Shown: positions 11,400 to 24,254, counted from the first letter of the stretch. The stretch is 64,000 bases of DNA from Octopus bimaculoides (GCF_001194135.2 NC_068981.1:157271320-157335319), one strand, 5' to 3'. The notes: generated from the sequence alone by a model not told the origin. Numbers and translations are program-made.

Positions 11400-13760
11400 T
11401 TGTGCATATGCTGTCATGTTGCACCCTCAAATCCTCGAGTCCATCAAGCTGCTTTCGTCCCCTCGTAACTTAGAACATGCGCCTTAGTTACAATACAACC
11501 TTCATCCTTAGCGTTGAAGAAGTAGTTGAGGACCACTCTCACCATGAGAATGTGTTGAGATATCTTTCCTAAGCGTCTCTTTTAAGTTTCCCTCTATTTC
11601 ATTTCTTTTTATCGCTATGGCTTTACTAAACCTGATTGATTCTACTCTAATCATCCGTTTCGGGGCAAATCATCACTTGTTGTTGACGACAGACCCCGCC
11701 AACGCCCACTTAACCAATTTGCTAATCTGGTCTCTGTAAGTACATCTGCCGGGAGTGATGCGTTCAGTTTCCATTGACAGGGTCCCTGCCTGCAAAATCT
11801 AGCTAGGTTGGCCGTGTAGAAATTGTAGTTTATTCTAGCCAACGATTTAAAAAAGTGGACAACCTATACTATCCTGATCTACTAGTCCATCTAGATATGA
11901 CCCACATGAGCTGATGAGATGCATCCATATCCGCATTGGCACACTCGGAAACATCTGAGCAGGTTTGCAAGGCTTTTGCACTTCCCACTCATGTCAGCTA
12001 GCCTCACACATCTCAAACGGATATCCAAGATAGTTTTCTAGTCACTTAAAATTGTGATGTTCCCAGGAAAAGTTCCAGACATCTGAAGAAATCCAGCTGT
12101 CCTGATTCTGTCGGAGCATAAACAGTCACTAGTCGGAATGCACCCTCTTCACACTCAGGACCAACTTTCTAGGTCCAAGAAGATGATCTGTAGCATGAGA
12201 TCCAAACCTTTCCAAAATAATACTACAGTTGTCTCTGCTATTCCCGGTCAACGTGGAGATAAATATACCCCGTATCCACCGAACATGGGAATAAGGGCTT
12301 GTGCATCGGAAAATCTGGTCTCGCTGATAAGCAATACATCCTTGAAGCTGTTCAGCAGGTGGCCCGGTTTCCAAGGACTCCAGACCACATGCATTCACAC
12401 TGTCATTCTAAGTGTAGTGATGTTGGATGAGAGAGAAAGAGAATGAAAATAAACATTTACTCTATTTCTGTGGAGGAACAGGTGTTTTGTCCTTCATGTT
12501 AGATGTGCGTATTTACACAAAGAGTTCTTTATATGGTCTATTGTTTGTTATTAAATTCTCCCTGACAATTTGTTTAGGGCATTTACTTTTTAAAGTGTTG
12601 TATATGTGTTGCAAAATTGGATAATTTTTACGTGTAATGGGATGTATTTATCGCGTGTGATACTAGTATTTTCATGTATGTGTTCCACTATTGTTTCATT
12701 GTTTGTATTTATGGCAGTGTAGTTAATGTCTTATTTTTATTCATGTTGAGAGATGTTTCCTGACTGTTGGTGTGTTTGTGCTTCTGATGGCACTCGTGGT
12801 GGTGATGGGTATAATAGTGTTGATAGTGTTGTTAGGAGTAATGTTGATGCATCGTCCCCTAGTTATTTGCATCTTGCCTTTCTTATTGCTTGCCGTTTGG
12901 TGTCCTCCTCATCACCTTCACTACATGACATATCTGAGTGCTGTGAGTCAGGGAGGGTTATGGTGTTGTTTTGTTGATATGGGTGTTGTTGTTTTGGGGG
13001 TTTCTGTTGTTTTTACTTCTGCTGCCAGTAATGTTGTTTTAGTTGTTTCCATTCTTGCTGTAGCTGTATTAAATGATGCAGTCGCTGTTGTTGACGACTG
13101 CCTCTGTTGGCGTTGTTGTTGCTGCAGCTGCTGTTGTCGTGGGTGTGGTGGCGGTGACGGCAGAAGAGGTGGTTTCCATTCTTTCCTTTGCTGTGGGCAG
13201 AAAGCCTTAACGTAGTTTGTGTCATCACACAAATGATACCCTAACTTTCTGTCTTCGACAGCTGAGTGTAATTTTGTACCGTCTGCTAGATTAATCAGAA
13301 GCAGGATGGCTTCCATACTCTGGTGACCCGTTTGGATTAGTAGTTCTATCCCCTGCCCCGACCAATTATTGTTTCTACAGCCTCTGGATTGGTTTTCTCC
13401 TTTACATCGAAGTGGGCCACTGACACCAACTAATAAATTATTTCTGAGTACACGTTGACTATTTTTATTAAAACCTACAGGCAGGGTAAATCAGTATTTG
13501 ACTTCGTCACTCGTTAGGCTGGTGGCGGAGTGTTTTCTGGATATCCTCTGTAATGAGTCTGCTGTTCCGAACTTCTTTCCTCTGGCTATTCATGTTCTTG
13601 TGCTCCAGATTGGTCTGAAGCACTTTTCAGTATATTGGCATGTAGCTTGTTCTTTTTTTTTAAAGCGTTTTGTTGCCATAGTTTCCTATGACTGCTCGAA
13701 AATAGATTTGTTGTTGGATGGATCTTGGTATACAGAGTGCCACATTTTGGCCACATTTCT
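11400..13760 (-). mobile_element. Decayed L1/Tx1-clade LINE: ORF1 with degenerate zinc knuckle plus ORF2 APE endonuclease; RT not seen
   Basis: Minus strand gives YHLCDDTNYVKAFCP (eroded CCHC), FRLVTVYAPT...FFRCLELFL, a GDWN-like remnant, SYLD and QGPCQWKLN; many stops and frameshifts. Confidence 0.7.
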
Positions 13761-14119
13761 TTAATATACTTTACATACTTTTTAGTTCATTTAAGTCAAT
13801 AAGTATTTCTTTGCTCATTCGATCCATTGTATCGACGAAACTGCTAATGCTAGATTTGCATTTTTTTTTTTGTATAGGATAAATAAAATGTTACGACATC
13901 AATGTCTTTCTTTCTTGAGTGTTTTTGCTATACATATAAAGAAAAATGGGTACACCTCGGAATCAAAACTAGAAAGTATAACTAGCTCACTTCCAGGAAG
14001 CATGATTGTTACCATGTTTTTTTTTTCTTACCTGCTTTAAGATTTAAGTCCTTGTATCTGACATATGAAATCTGTATGCTCGCTATTTATTACATGTTGT
14101 TTAAATATTCACCCAACAG

Positions 14120-14392
14120 ATTTTGAAAACCAGGCACACTACCAACTTAACATCATCATATACAGACCATGGCCCTCATAGGCTGAAACCAACGGTGCTT
14201 TATATTCACAGTAATATTCATCAAAAAAATATCAGAAATTCTAGCATGAACCCTAATACAAGACACCGTAAAGGTGTAACTAAAGAGTATACTTTTAACC
14301 AAGGATGGGGTATTTTACCTCAGGCCAAGAAGCTGACTGGATGGATTCCTCACACACATCCTATTCGTAATAACAATACAAGCACTCAGTAG
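14120..14392 (+). CDS. Uncharacterised gene, putative terminal coding exon D (ILKTRH...YTFNQGWGILPQAKKLTGWIPHTHP...STQ*)
   Basis: Acceptor CCCAACAG| at 14119; phase 0; coincides with ORF 14123..14392; stop TAG. Confidence 0.6.
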   Translation: MLKTRHTTNLTSSYTDHGPHRLKPTVLYIHSNIHQKNIRNSSMNPNTRHRKGVTKEYTFNQGWGILPQAKKLTGWIPHTHPIRNNNTSTQ

Positions 14393-14512
14393 ACATACTT
14401 ATTTATAAATATAATGCCTGATTGCTTGTGTTCAAATTGATTTACCTACCTACCTATCTACCAATCTAACTACCTACTTACATACATACACAAGTTCATA
14501 CCTAATACTCTG

Positions 14513-14775
14513 TTGCTTACGACTACGAGAGTTCCAGCTGATCCAATCAACAAAACAGGCTGCTCGTGAAATTAATGTGCAAGTGGCTGAGCACTCCACA
14601 GATCAGTGTGACACAGAATCTTACAAGGCTGGCCCTTCGAATTACAGGTATAACTCGCTTTTGCTAGCTGAGTGGACTGGAGCAATGTGAAATAAAGTGT
14701 CTTGCTCAAGGACACAAAGCGCTGCCAGTAACCGAACTCATGACTTTATGATATCCTAACCCTTAGCCACACACC
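14513..14775 (-). mobile_element. SINE related to family 1, with AAGTGTCTTGCTCAAGGACAC core
   Basis: Shares GCTCGTGAAATTAAyGTGCAAGTGGCTGAGCACTCCAC with family 1. Confidence 0.65.
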
Positions 14776-15376
14776 TGCATACATACATACATACATACAT
14801 ACATACGCATGCATGCATGCACACACACACACACAGTGCATAAATTACTAGTACATAAGAAACTGGCTTTTTACCATCCAGGTATCAAATTCGAGTCATG
14901 CTTGATTGTTTTATTTTTATTTACTTATTTCTAGCATCGATAGATCCACTGGAGACAGGTGTTCAAATCAAACAACTTATAGGAAAGGAACCTATCATTG
15001 TCTCAAGGTTCAAGTCAACACCTTGAAATGGCAGATGTTTTTGCTTTTGTCACATATCTTTCATTGATAGTCTTCAAAACATGTAGCTCATGCTCTGCAC
15101 ATCTCCTAATTATGTTCCAAACCCTAATTATGTTCTCAATTTTTGTATTTGAAAGTTTTTGTATTTCTTCTGAAATAAAATTCACAAAATTTTAATGACT
15201 TTTTTTTTTTTTTGAACGGTGAATCTTGAATCAGATAATGCTATAAATAAGAATGTAAATATTGGTTTTAAAAATATTTGGATAGAAAAAAGTTGAAGGC
15301 TGCCCATGGGACTTGAACTGACATTTTTTTTTTTTGGGTTTTATTATTTGAAGGAATGAGAAATACCAGTTGTAAT

Positions 15377-15960
15377 CATCATCATCATCACCATCGTTTA
15401 ANNNNNNNNNNNNNNNNNNNNNNNNNNNNNNNNNATCGTTTAACATCCGCTTTCCATGCTAGCATGGGTTGGACGATTTGACTGAGGACTGGTGAAATCA
15501 GATGGCTACACCAGGCTCCAATCTGATCTGGCAGACTTTCTACAGCTGGATGCCCTTCCTAACGCCAACCACTCAGAGAGTGTAGTGGGTGCTTTTACGT
15601 GTCACCGGCACGAAGGCCAGTCAGGAGGTACTGGCAACGGCCACGCTCAAAATGGTGTATTTTACGTGCCACCTGCACAGGAGCCAGTCCAGCGGCACTG
15701 GCACCATCTCGCTCGAATGTCTTTACACGTACCACTGGCACAAGTGCAAGGAAGGTGATGCTGGGCACAGGTGCCATCACGATTTCGCTTCGCTTGCCCC
15801 AACAGGTCCCGAGTTTCGTGTCCTGCATAGGAGCCAGTCCAGCGGCACGGGCAACGATCTCACTCGAATGTCTTTACATGTGCCAGGAGGGCGACGCTGG
15901 GCACAGGTGCCATCATGATTTCACTTCGCTTGCCCCAACAGGTCTTCACAATGAAGACAA
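15377..15960 (-). mobile_element. RTE-type LINE/SINE 3' end with (GAT)n tail and internal repeats
   Basis: (CAT)n-CGTTTAACrTCCGCTTTCCATGCTAGCATGGG on the + strand; same family at 16836-17137 and 24659-24808. Confidence 0.7.
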
Positions 15961-16193
15961 CGTTGGCATGGGTGCCAGTCGTCCAGTTTAGTTCGATTTT
16001 TATTCCGATTCCGATTTCACTTGCCTCAACAAGTGGAGTTTTGTGTCCAATGAAGGAAGGTGGGTAATTTCGTCCATCCACCACATCTCAATATACAAAC
16101 TCTACTAACACCTCACATTCTTTCCTTCCTTTATGTTAAGTTGTTCTTATGTATATTGACCATTTTATGCACTTGGTTTGGCCTGCACTATAA

Positions 16194-16521
16194 GCAGGCA
16201 CAAGTGTGACTGTGTGGTAAGAAATTTGCTTCTCAGTCCCACTACATGGCACCTTGGGCAAGTATCTTCTACTATAGCTGACCAGAACCTTGTGTGCAGA
16301 TTTGGTAAATGGAATCTGAAAGAATCCAGTTGAGTGTGTGTGTGTGTGTGTGTGTGTGTCCCACCACTGCTTGACAACCATTGTTGGTGAGTTTATGTCA
16401 CCGTAACATAGCAGTCCAGCACAAGAGACTGATAGAATAAGTGCCAGGCTTAAAAAATAAGTACTGGAGTTGACTTTATCGACTAAAATTCTTGAAACTG
16501 GTTACTGAAACAAGTAAAAGA
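16194..16521 (+). mobile_element. tRNA-derived SINE, family 3
   Basis: GGCnTGGCTGTGTGGTAAGAAG head, CTTGGGCAAGTrTCTTCTACTATAG core, internal (GT)n, GAAACAAGTAAAAGA end. Confidence 0.75.
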
Positions 16522-16835
16522 CGTTTATAGAAATAAATGTTCTTATTTGACCCAAGATAACTAGTTTACGTCTTGTTCCAACCAATAAAGCCAAAAGAAC
16601 ACATACTGAGTACTCACTTTCTCATTCGTTGACAAAGAAAATAACAGATCATACTGATCCATGGACATAGCACATGCAGCCTGGTATATATTTTATTGGT
16701 CCCTTTCAAACTACTATGCTTTTGATTTAAAGCAATGGTTATCAACCAGGGTATACATGACCCTTGGGGGTCTATATAAGATTTTGCTGTTAAAATTTAT
16801 CTGCAATAAATTGGTTATACTTCTACATTCATTAT

Positions 16836-17137
16836 CATCATCATTGTCATTTAACGTCCACCTTCCATGCTAGCATGGGTTGGACGATTTGACTGAGGAC
16901 TTGTGAACCAGATGGCTACACTAGGCTCCAATCTGATCCGACATGGTTTTTACAGCTGGATGCCCTTCCTAACGCCAACCACTCCGAGAGTGTAGTGGGT
17001 GCTTTTATGTGCCACCGGCACGAAGGCCAGTCAAGCGGTACTGGCAACGGCCATGCTCAAAATGGTGTATTTTACGTGCCACCTGCACAAGAGCCAGTCC
17101 AGCGACACTGGCAACGATCTCGCTCGAATGTCTTTAT
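16836..17137 (-). mobile_element. RTE-type 3' end, second copy
   Basis: High similarity to 15435-15730. Confidence 0.7.
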
Positions 17138-18850
17138 GAAAAACACCATTTGTATGAACAGTGAGTTTTTATTTACAATCAATGTGTACGTCAAGACAAG
17201 GGAATACATACTTACTCACCCATGTAATGGGCTTCTACTAGTTTATGTTGATCAAATTTCACTCACAAGGCAATGGTCAGCTTGCAGATATAGAAGACAC
17301 CACCCAACAGCCAACCTAGTGAGGGTGAATCCCTAACCATATGATTCTGAAGAAAACTGCTCAACCATATGGCCATGTGTGTGTGTGTAATGGTATGGAG
17401 TGCATGTAGTTTCTTAGTGTATGCAGATGGGCAAGTATGGGAATGTAGTGATATAGGATAGTGGGTGAGTAGGAAAATGGTATGTAAACGAAATTATGTT
17501 GAATGTGAGCGGAAGGCATGGAGGGGATATATACATATACACACACACGCATATACATACATACATGCACACACACATATATGCATCCATACACTTAATA
17601 GTACACTGCTCATTTTTTAGGATAATTTATATGCAAAATTTTAGTCTGTAGAGTAAAGAAAGTAATAACATCATAGACTTGTCTTCATTAAAAATACTGA
17701 TCTGATTAGTCACCCTCTAAGGTTACCCATTTTATGTCCACAGAAAGAGTAGTAGATTACAGGATCTATAATATAGGTTATTATAGTATATATATTAACC
17801 TAGGAATTTCTAAACCGGTTTGTCTAATTTGTATATCAGTACATGTGCTGTCAATGTGAATTCATTAATTAGATGAGGGATTAACAAAATCAGAAACTAG
17901 TCTCATTGGTCTCCCTTTTTTTCTACCCATGGAGGCAAAATGGTGGATGTACAGTTTCAATGGAGAAATAAAGTAAGCAATAATCAATGGTGAAACTCAC
18001 ATGATAATGGAAAATGGAACTTTAACTGTAATACTGATCAGGGTTACCTCGATCTATGTGAACTGTAGTAAACATCTATAGAACTGGTTATCATAGAGGT
18101 TATTAAATCTCCAACAGATAGTGTAGGACCTTAATACTCTCCAGATGTTTATCCTGCATCACTCATTTTGAAGTCAAACAAGGAGAATGTCCTGCGGTGT
18201 TTTTAGTTTCAGACACTTATTTGAAAAATTAGTTACAATGCTAAAAACTTTAATCCAGGCAAGCTAAATCAGATGATGATGATAATGATGATGATACCTA
18301 CACAACAGAAATTTTACAACTACAAACATATTCTCTTATAATAACATTATACTTACATAAGAGATAGTTCACAATCCCAAATGTATACTACTAAACTAAC
18401 ACTATACTTACAAAACTGTAAGCATATTGAGTCATACTAAAACTATACTTAACAGTATACATTACAACTACAAACACATAATCTTAACTAATACTGTACT
18501 TACTCAAAAACCAGCATACCAACACAATCACATCCTCTTGTACTAACACTGTACTTACACAATTTAGTTGATATTATGCAATCACAAACATAACTATGCC
18601 AAAAGTCTCCAAACATACATGTAACATGCTTTCAATTGAACAACATTGTACCTACATCACTACTAACACATCAAGAATCAGAAAATTTCTGAACATAAAT
18701 GAACAAAGCAGCAGAGTTTGATAGTAATGTGAAGAGGAGTGAGTGATGAAAAGAGGTGACTGGCAATCTGCTAAAGAAATGAAGATACATGACGTAAGAA
18801 ATAAAATGCGAGAAAATAAACAAAAACAAACTGTTATTTACAAGAACTTC

Positions 18851-18909
18851 TTTATTAACTCAATAAATTGCTTTCCATATCCCCCCTACCAATTCAAATA
18901 TTATTTATT
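18851..18909 (-). terminator. Candidate MON1 polyadenylation signals
   Basis: Two AATAAA hexamers on the minus strand (18909-18904 and 18856-18851), 330-390 nt after the stop, followed by a GT/T-rich tract. Confidence 0.35.
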
Positions 18910-19239
18910 TATAGTTTCTTCATAAAAACGAAGATAATTCTCGTGCCAAGTTAAAGTCTCCTGACCTTGAACTGCAAAGCTTGACCCTGTCTCCCAATGG
19001 AAAAAAAAAAAAAAATTAAATAAATAAAACTCTTCAAAAAAAAGGGAAGGGAGATGACTTGAAGGGTAAAACAAGTAGATAACTCACTGATATGCTAAGT
19101 AGAGTATTTGGTTGTTATGTGGTTGTCATGATCACAACAATCTTACTCATGTAAGCAGGAATGATCAGAGGTCAGAAAACTAAATAAAAAAAAAAAAAAT
19201 TAAAAAAATATTACAGGAAACAATAAATTCTACGCTTTG

Positions 19240-19380
19240 TTAAAAAGTAAACGAACTCAGTATGAACAGTCGGTTTTCCTCTTTTTTGATCCAGCGCAGA
19301 AGTTTATTAATGGCTTGTATTGCAATTGTTTTCGTTACAAGTGGTCCAAAAACTGCATATAACTCAAATCCTTGAGTGAT
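19240..19380 (-). CDS. MON1: MON1 exon 7, terminal (ITQGFELYAVFGPLVTKTIAIQAINKLLRWIKKEENRLFILSSFTF*)
   Basis: C-terminal MON1 motifs FELY and KLLRWIKKEExRLFI; TTTTTTCCAG| acceptor; TAA stop at 19242-19240. Confidence 0.95.
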   Translation of the reverse strand: MTQGFELYAVFGPLVTKTIAIQAINKLLRWIKKEENRLFILSSFTF

Positions 19381-19738
19381 CTGGAAAAAAAAGGAACAAA
19401 ATAAAGAATGAACTCCACAACATCATAAGAAATATAAATTAAAAAACAAAAAATAGTCTGTTACTATAGTTTGAAGGGTAATAGCAGTTAACTTGTATAG
19501 ATCTGCTGTCATTGTAACTGGTCAAACACTTGATAGCAAGATATAGGTTGAGTATTGTTAATGTGTGTCATTTTTGAAATCTCAACTGTGACTGCATTGT
19601 ATTCCCTAACAGGCAACGTTTGATTGCACAGAGTCAAAATACATTTGAATAGACTGTTGTTTTTCGACCGCAGGTTATTTTTGATTGAGTAGTACTATGG
19701 TAAATAAGATGCAATCAACCGGTCTCTTCTTTCAGATA

Positions 19739-20147
19739 GGCACAGGCATAACTGTATGGTAAGAAGCTTGCTTCCCAACCTCATGGTTCTAGGTTCAATC
19801 CCACTGAGTGCCATCTTGGGCAAGTGTCTTCAGCTATAGCTTCAGGCTGACCAAAGCCTTGTGAGTGGATTTAGTAGACAGAAACTGAAAGAAGCTTGTT
19901 GTATGTGTGTGTATGTGTGTGTGTGTGTGTATCTTTGTGTCTGTGTTTGTCCCCACCACCACCACCACCACTTGAGAACTGGTGTTGGTGTGTTTATATC
20001 TCAGTAACTTAGTAGTACAGCAAAAGAGACCAATAGAATAAGTACCAGGCTTAAAAAAATAAATATATGGGGTCGATTCACTTGACTAAAATTCTTCAAA
20101 GTGGTACCCCCGGATGGCCACAGTCTAATGACTAAAACAAGCAAAAG
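19739..20147 (+). mobile_element. SINE family 3 in MON1 intron 6
   Basis: Family head, core and tail as at 16194. Confidence 0.75.
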
Positions 20148-21299
20148 GTAAAGATAGACCATGCCACTGTTTAGCTGAGAACCACATTACACATTCTAAC
20201 ATGCAATGATGCATTATATGGGGCAACAGTGTGACGTATTCTCTTCACTATCTAGTTAATATCTGTATGGCAATTGTTGTTTTTGTTTAGTTACAGGTTA
20301 TTCCTGAACAAAAAAAATCTATGATTCCAATTGTGACCCTCCTGTACTTTTCTATACCAGGAATATATCCTTTATTTGTGATAATATAGTATGATTTGAG
20401 CAAAATTTGGCTGCTATTTCAAGCAGATCAGTCAAACATGCAAAGACTCCAGTTTTTGGTTGTGGTTGTTCTTTAGGATGAATCATCCTATTTACAGTTG
20501 CTCAACAAACTATAACTAGCAGCCCGCTTTCCTTCAAATGTCTTAAAAATGGATTATGAGGGGCCTACTATATAAATGTGGACACATAGTGTAGAATGTA
20601 GAGCTACGGAGTAGACTGTGTTAGATGCAGAGTGGTAGAATAGCAGCCATAGTATGTTGTATTCAGATATCTGACAAATTTAAGAATTTCTTCAGCAGCT
20701 CATGTGAAAAAGGACAAGGTTGATTTCTTTCTCTCTTCATAAGCAAAACTCTGACAATTCATGATTTTTCACAGGAAAGATACAGTGGTTTCCATTGCTT
20801 TCTGATTGTTTATTCACTGTTTATTCTGCTAGTCTCCTGCTATTCTGTGCTAACTCTTGAAGCAAAGAACTTATGTAAACCTTTAGGCAGGTGGATTGGA
20901 TCACATAATATCAGGAGTTGTCACACAAAAGTAAGCTCACATAATACACGTCTAACAACTAGCCCTTCCCTTAGTCTTGTATGCTTTAGCCACAGAACTG
21001 TTTGTTTGCTATTTTATCCATAACTGAGGATCTTGTTATGTACTACCATATTAGGCCAGAGAAGACTCGGGAATAGTGGTAACTAAGGAGAAACTCCAAA
21101 TTCTTGGAGTCTTACTGCCAGATGCAGTCTAATGTCTCTTCAGGTAAACAAGATTAGTTACTTTAAAAACCTAGCATAGCATGATTTGGGAAAGGAAATC
21201 TATTTTATGACCATCTCATGATGTTGTTTTTGTTTATAAGATCAGATACAAGATACAATGGGTTAAGAATTGCATCAAAAATCATTGCAGTCTGTTGCT

Positions 21300-21950
21300 A
21301 ATACAGGTATAATGTACTGTCTAGTCCAAAGTTAGTCCTGATCCAGTAGACCTATAATCAAATGAGTTCTGGTCATGATGTCTTTTTCAGATATAGTGAA
21401 TTCAGAACATTAACCAATGTGTTCTTCCTTTCTTTTTCTTTAAACAAAAGTAGAGTGTGAGCAACGGGAAATTTAGCTGCTATTCCTAGTAAGAAGTGTG
21501 ACAATTTTGTGGCATCTTCCTTTGCTGAAATTGTATCTGTGCTGCTGTTTAGCCCCAGGTAAAGCCTGATAGAGTAGACCTATGATCAAAGGCTCCAGTT
21601 AAGAACATAATGTCATTTGTAAAGTAAAGATTGATTACATTATCCATTGTCTACTCACTTTACGATGACAGTAAGATCTAAAGGAATTTCGCTGTTTTTC
21701 TAGTAGGAGGATCACTTGTTGGCTCAAATACATAAATACCATTGTTGTTTGGCTCCAGATAAGCCCTAAATGAGTAGACCTATCATTAAAAGTATTTCAG
21801 TGATGACCACCTAATCTTAGGGGTATGAAAGATTACACTATTTAAGGTGTTGTTTCCTTATTCAAGAGAGCGATAGAGGTGAGATTTAAGAGCAATTTAG
21901 TTACTATAATTTTAGTAGGTTGACTAACCACTTACAGGCTCCTCGTTGGC
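21300..21950 (+). mobile_element. Three degenerate tandem copies of a further short interspersed repeat family
   Basis: Recurrent CCTGATnGAGyAGACCTATrATCAAA ... TTTrGCTGCTATTTCTAG motifs; relatives near 20250-20460, 34870-35040 and 58820-58990. Confidence 0.5.
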
Positions 21951-22927
21951 TTGGTGAGCAGGAGGTAGTCGTTTGATAAAGAGTGTTTCATCAACAATAT
22001 TACTGTCATAGGTCTGCTAGAGTAGAACAGGCCAGGTTACCAAACAGCAACATCAACATGTTTATAGGGTTGATATTTTGTCCAACTTATTTCATTTAAT
22101 AAACGAAAGTTTATCAATGTTTATCACCACTAGTTTCCTCTAATTTTTTAAAAAATTGATTGCATTTCAGAAATGGATAATTTTCCTACCATCACCTAGT
22201 TTAACACACTGTGTCAAAAATATAATAGTGCTACCAGCAGTAAATGAAATTGCTTGTCTAGACTCTATAAGGCTTATACATTCCATTGTATGTTGGAATA
22301 TTTTGAAGTAACTCACAAATCACCTTCAGAATAGTTTGTTACATTTTTATTTAGGAGCAAAAGTAAAAATATTAATGATAGACAGCTTAAAAATGCTGCA
22401 TCAAAATAAACAGTAGAGAAATAGAAATAAAATGAGTAAATTTTTGGAGAAACTGAGAATTTAAGAGAGAAAGATTGGAGTGGGCAGAGTATAAGATTTG
22501 ATGAAGAGGCATGGTTTTATCATTCGTTTCCAAAATTCTGTGAAAATATGTCTGTCCACGGAGAAATATTATCTTGTTTGAAAATAGGTGAGGGTTGGCA
22601 ACAGGAAGAGCATCTGTGTGTAGAATAGCTGCCTTAGTAAACTCAGTTGAACCCATGCAAGCATGGAAAAGGACGTTAAAATGACAATGTTTTTCAATCT
22701 GTTTACAATGATGTCATTCCAAAATCATATATCTTAATCTGTATTAACGCTAGTTAGGCTTTCAGGAATTTATTTGTACATTAAGACTGTAGCTGAACGT
22801 AAGAGTAAAAAAAAAACTGAATATGAAAGAATAATTAATAAATTAAAGTAATATACATGAAAAAAAGCAAAAAAGCATTCTTTTCGAGCTTATTGTGAGA
22901 GTAAACGATGCAAGGGAAATAACTCAC

Positions 22928-23209
22928 CCAACCAATAAGAGTTTCGTGTGCGCCCACGTGATACAGAAGTTTCAATGGTCTACTGCTACTGTGAATTCTG
23001 TGATGGAGATACTGGTAGAGACCAAACAGACGGTCCTGTTCTTCCTGACTGAGATATGGAGCTTCCAGCTCAGGGCTGGTATATTGTGCTGAGTTGCGAG
23101 ACTTGTATAGGAAATGACGTAAGCCTGAGATAGCACACTGTTTGATGCTGTAACTGTTTCTTGATAGTGAATCACTGATGGCTTGCAGACAGTTGGACTT
23201 TTGTAGTTT
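22928..23209 (-). CDS. MON1: MON1 exon 6 (KLQKSNCLQAIS...GLRHFLYKSRNSAQYTSPELEAPY...RPLKLLYHVGAHETLIGW)
   Basis: Not in the ORF track in this frame; hand-translated as 94 codons with no stop; motifs LRHFLYKS and RPLK; CTACAG| acceptor and TGG|GTGAGT donor. Confidence 0.93.
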
Positions 23210-23761
23210 CTGTAGATAAATTAGATGTAAACAACTGAATCAACAGCTAATACAGCAACAATAGTAAAAATATATTATTTTAAAACTTTATTCTTCCAAT
23301 GCTATTTTACAATATTTTTACAAATAGATGTCTTTATAACAGCTCCGCACTATGTGGCAAAATGTAATTTAAGCCTGCTTAAATATGCAACAGAAAAGTT
23401 TGAATTTACAGATATATGGCCAGTACATCACTTTAAATTTACTATTTATATATTTTTTTTTTGTAGATAAATCAGACGTAAGCAACTGAATCAACAGCAA
23501 TAACAGTAAAAGTATATTATTTTTAAACTTTATTTTTCCAATGCTATTCTTGAATATGTTTACAAATAGAGGGTCTTTGTTAAAACTACCCACCATGTGG
23601 TAAAATGGAATTTAAGCTTACTTAATTTGAAATAGAAATGTTTGAATTCACAGATATATGATCAGTGCAACATTTTGAATTTACTACTCATATTTTATTC
23701 ACATGGCTTCAAAGGTAATTATGACATCTCAAACAGCTGAGCAACATAAATCATAACTTAC

Positions 23762-23882
23762 CTGCTTAATCTTGCTTTTACAATCTGATAAAGTGAAGAA
23801 AGAATCTCTGTCTACAGTCAGTAAAAATAGACAGGTTTGGCAGCTTTCATCCAGGTAGGAGACGTGTGCTTGCAGAAAACCA
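23762..23882 (-). CDS. MON1: MON1 exon 5 (SGFLQAHVSYLDESCQTCLFLLTVDRDSFFTLSDCKSKIKQ)
   Basis: GFLxAHVSYL motif; CTGTAG| acceptor, CAG|GTAAGT donor; 121 nt. Confidence 0.93.
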
Positions 23883-24060
23883 CTACAGTAGGAAACAAGA
23901 TACATGCTTGTTAAAGTAGACAATTAGAAAAGAAGTTGAATTTTACAGGGCTGTAAGCAATAACCAAAACCAGGATTTGAGTGAAGAAAGTATTATTGGA
24001 TAGCCCTTAATAGATGAAGTTAATTAATTACATATTAGTGTGAAACCCGACGGTCTAGTG

Positions 24061-24254
24061 CAATGTTTCTCAAGATGGTGCATGGCAATATTTTACTTGG
24101 CATGTGACTTTAGAATGTGGCTTAAGTAAGTAACAAGTGAATACAACTTGCAATAAAGTTTTAATTCTTTTGATATACTTCATTCATGGTGAAGTTGCAC
24201 ATTTAAAAAAAAAAATAAAAGTGAGGCATGGAATACAAAGGTTGAGAAATACTG
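24061..24254. mobile_element. hAT-type MITE, 194 bp
   Basis: TIRs CAATGTTTCTCAA / TTGAGAAATACTG; perfect 8-bp TSD GTCTAGTG at 24053-24060 and 24255-24262. Confidence 0.85.

Noticed and set aside
12753-13215. Hydrophobic, membrane-protein-like plus-strand ORFs
   Set aside because: Antisense reading of the Q/T-rich LINE ORF1 remnant.
22972-23175. Listed minus-strand ORF MIHYQETV...
   Set aside because: Off-frame reading of MON1 exon 6; the true frame begins KLQKSN at 23209.
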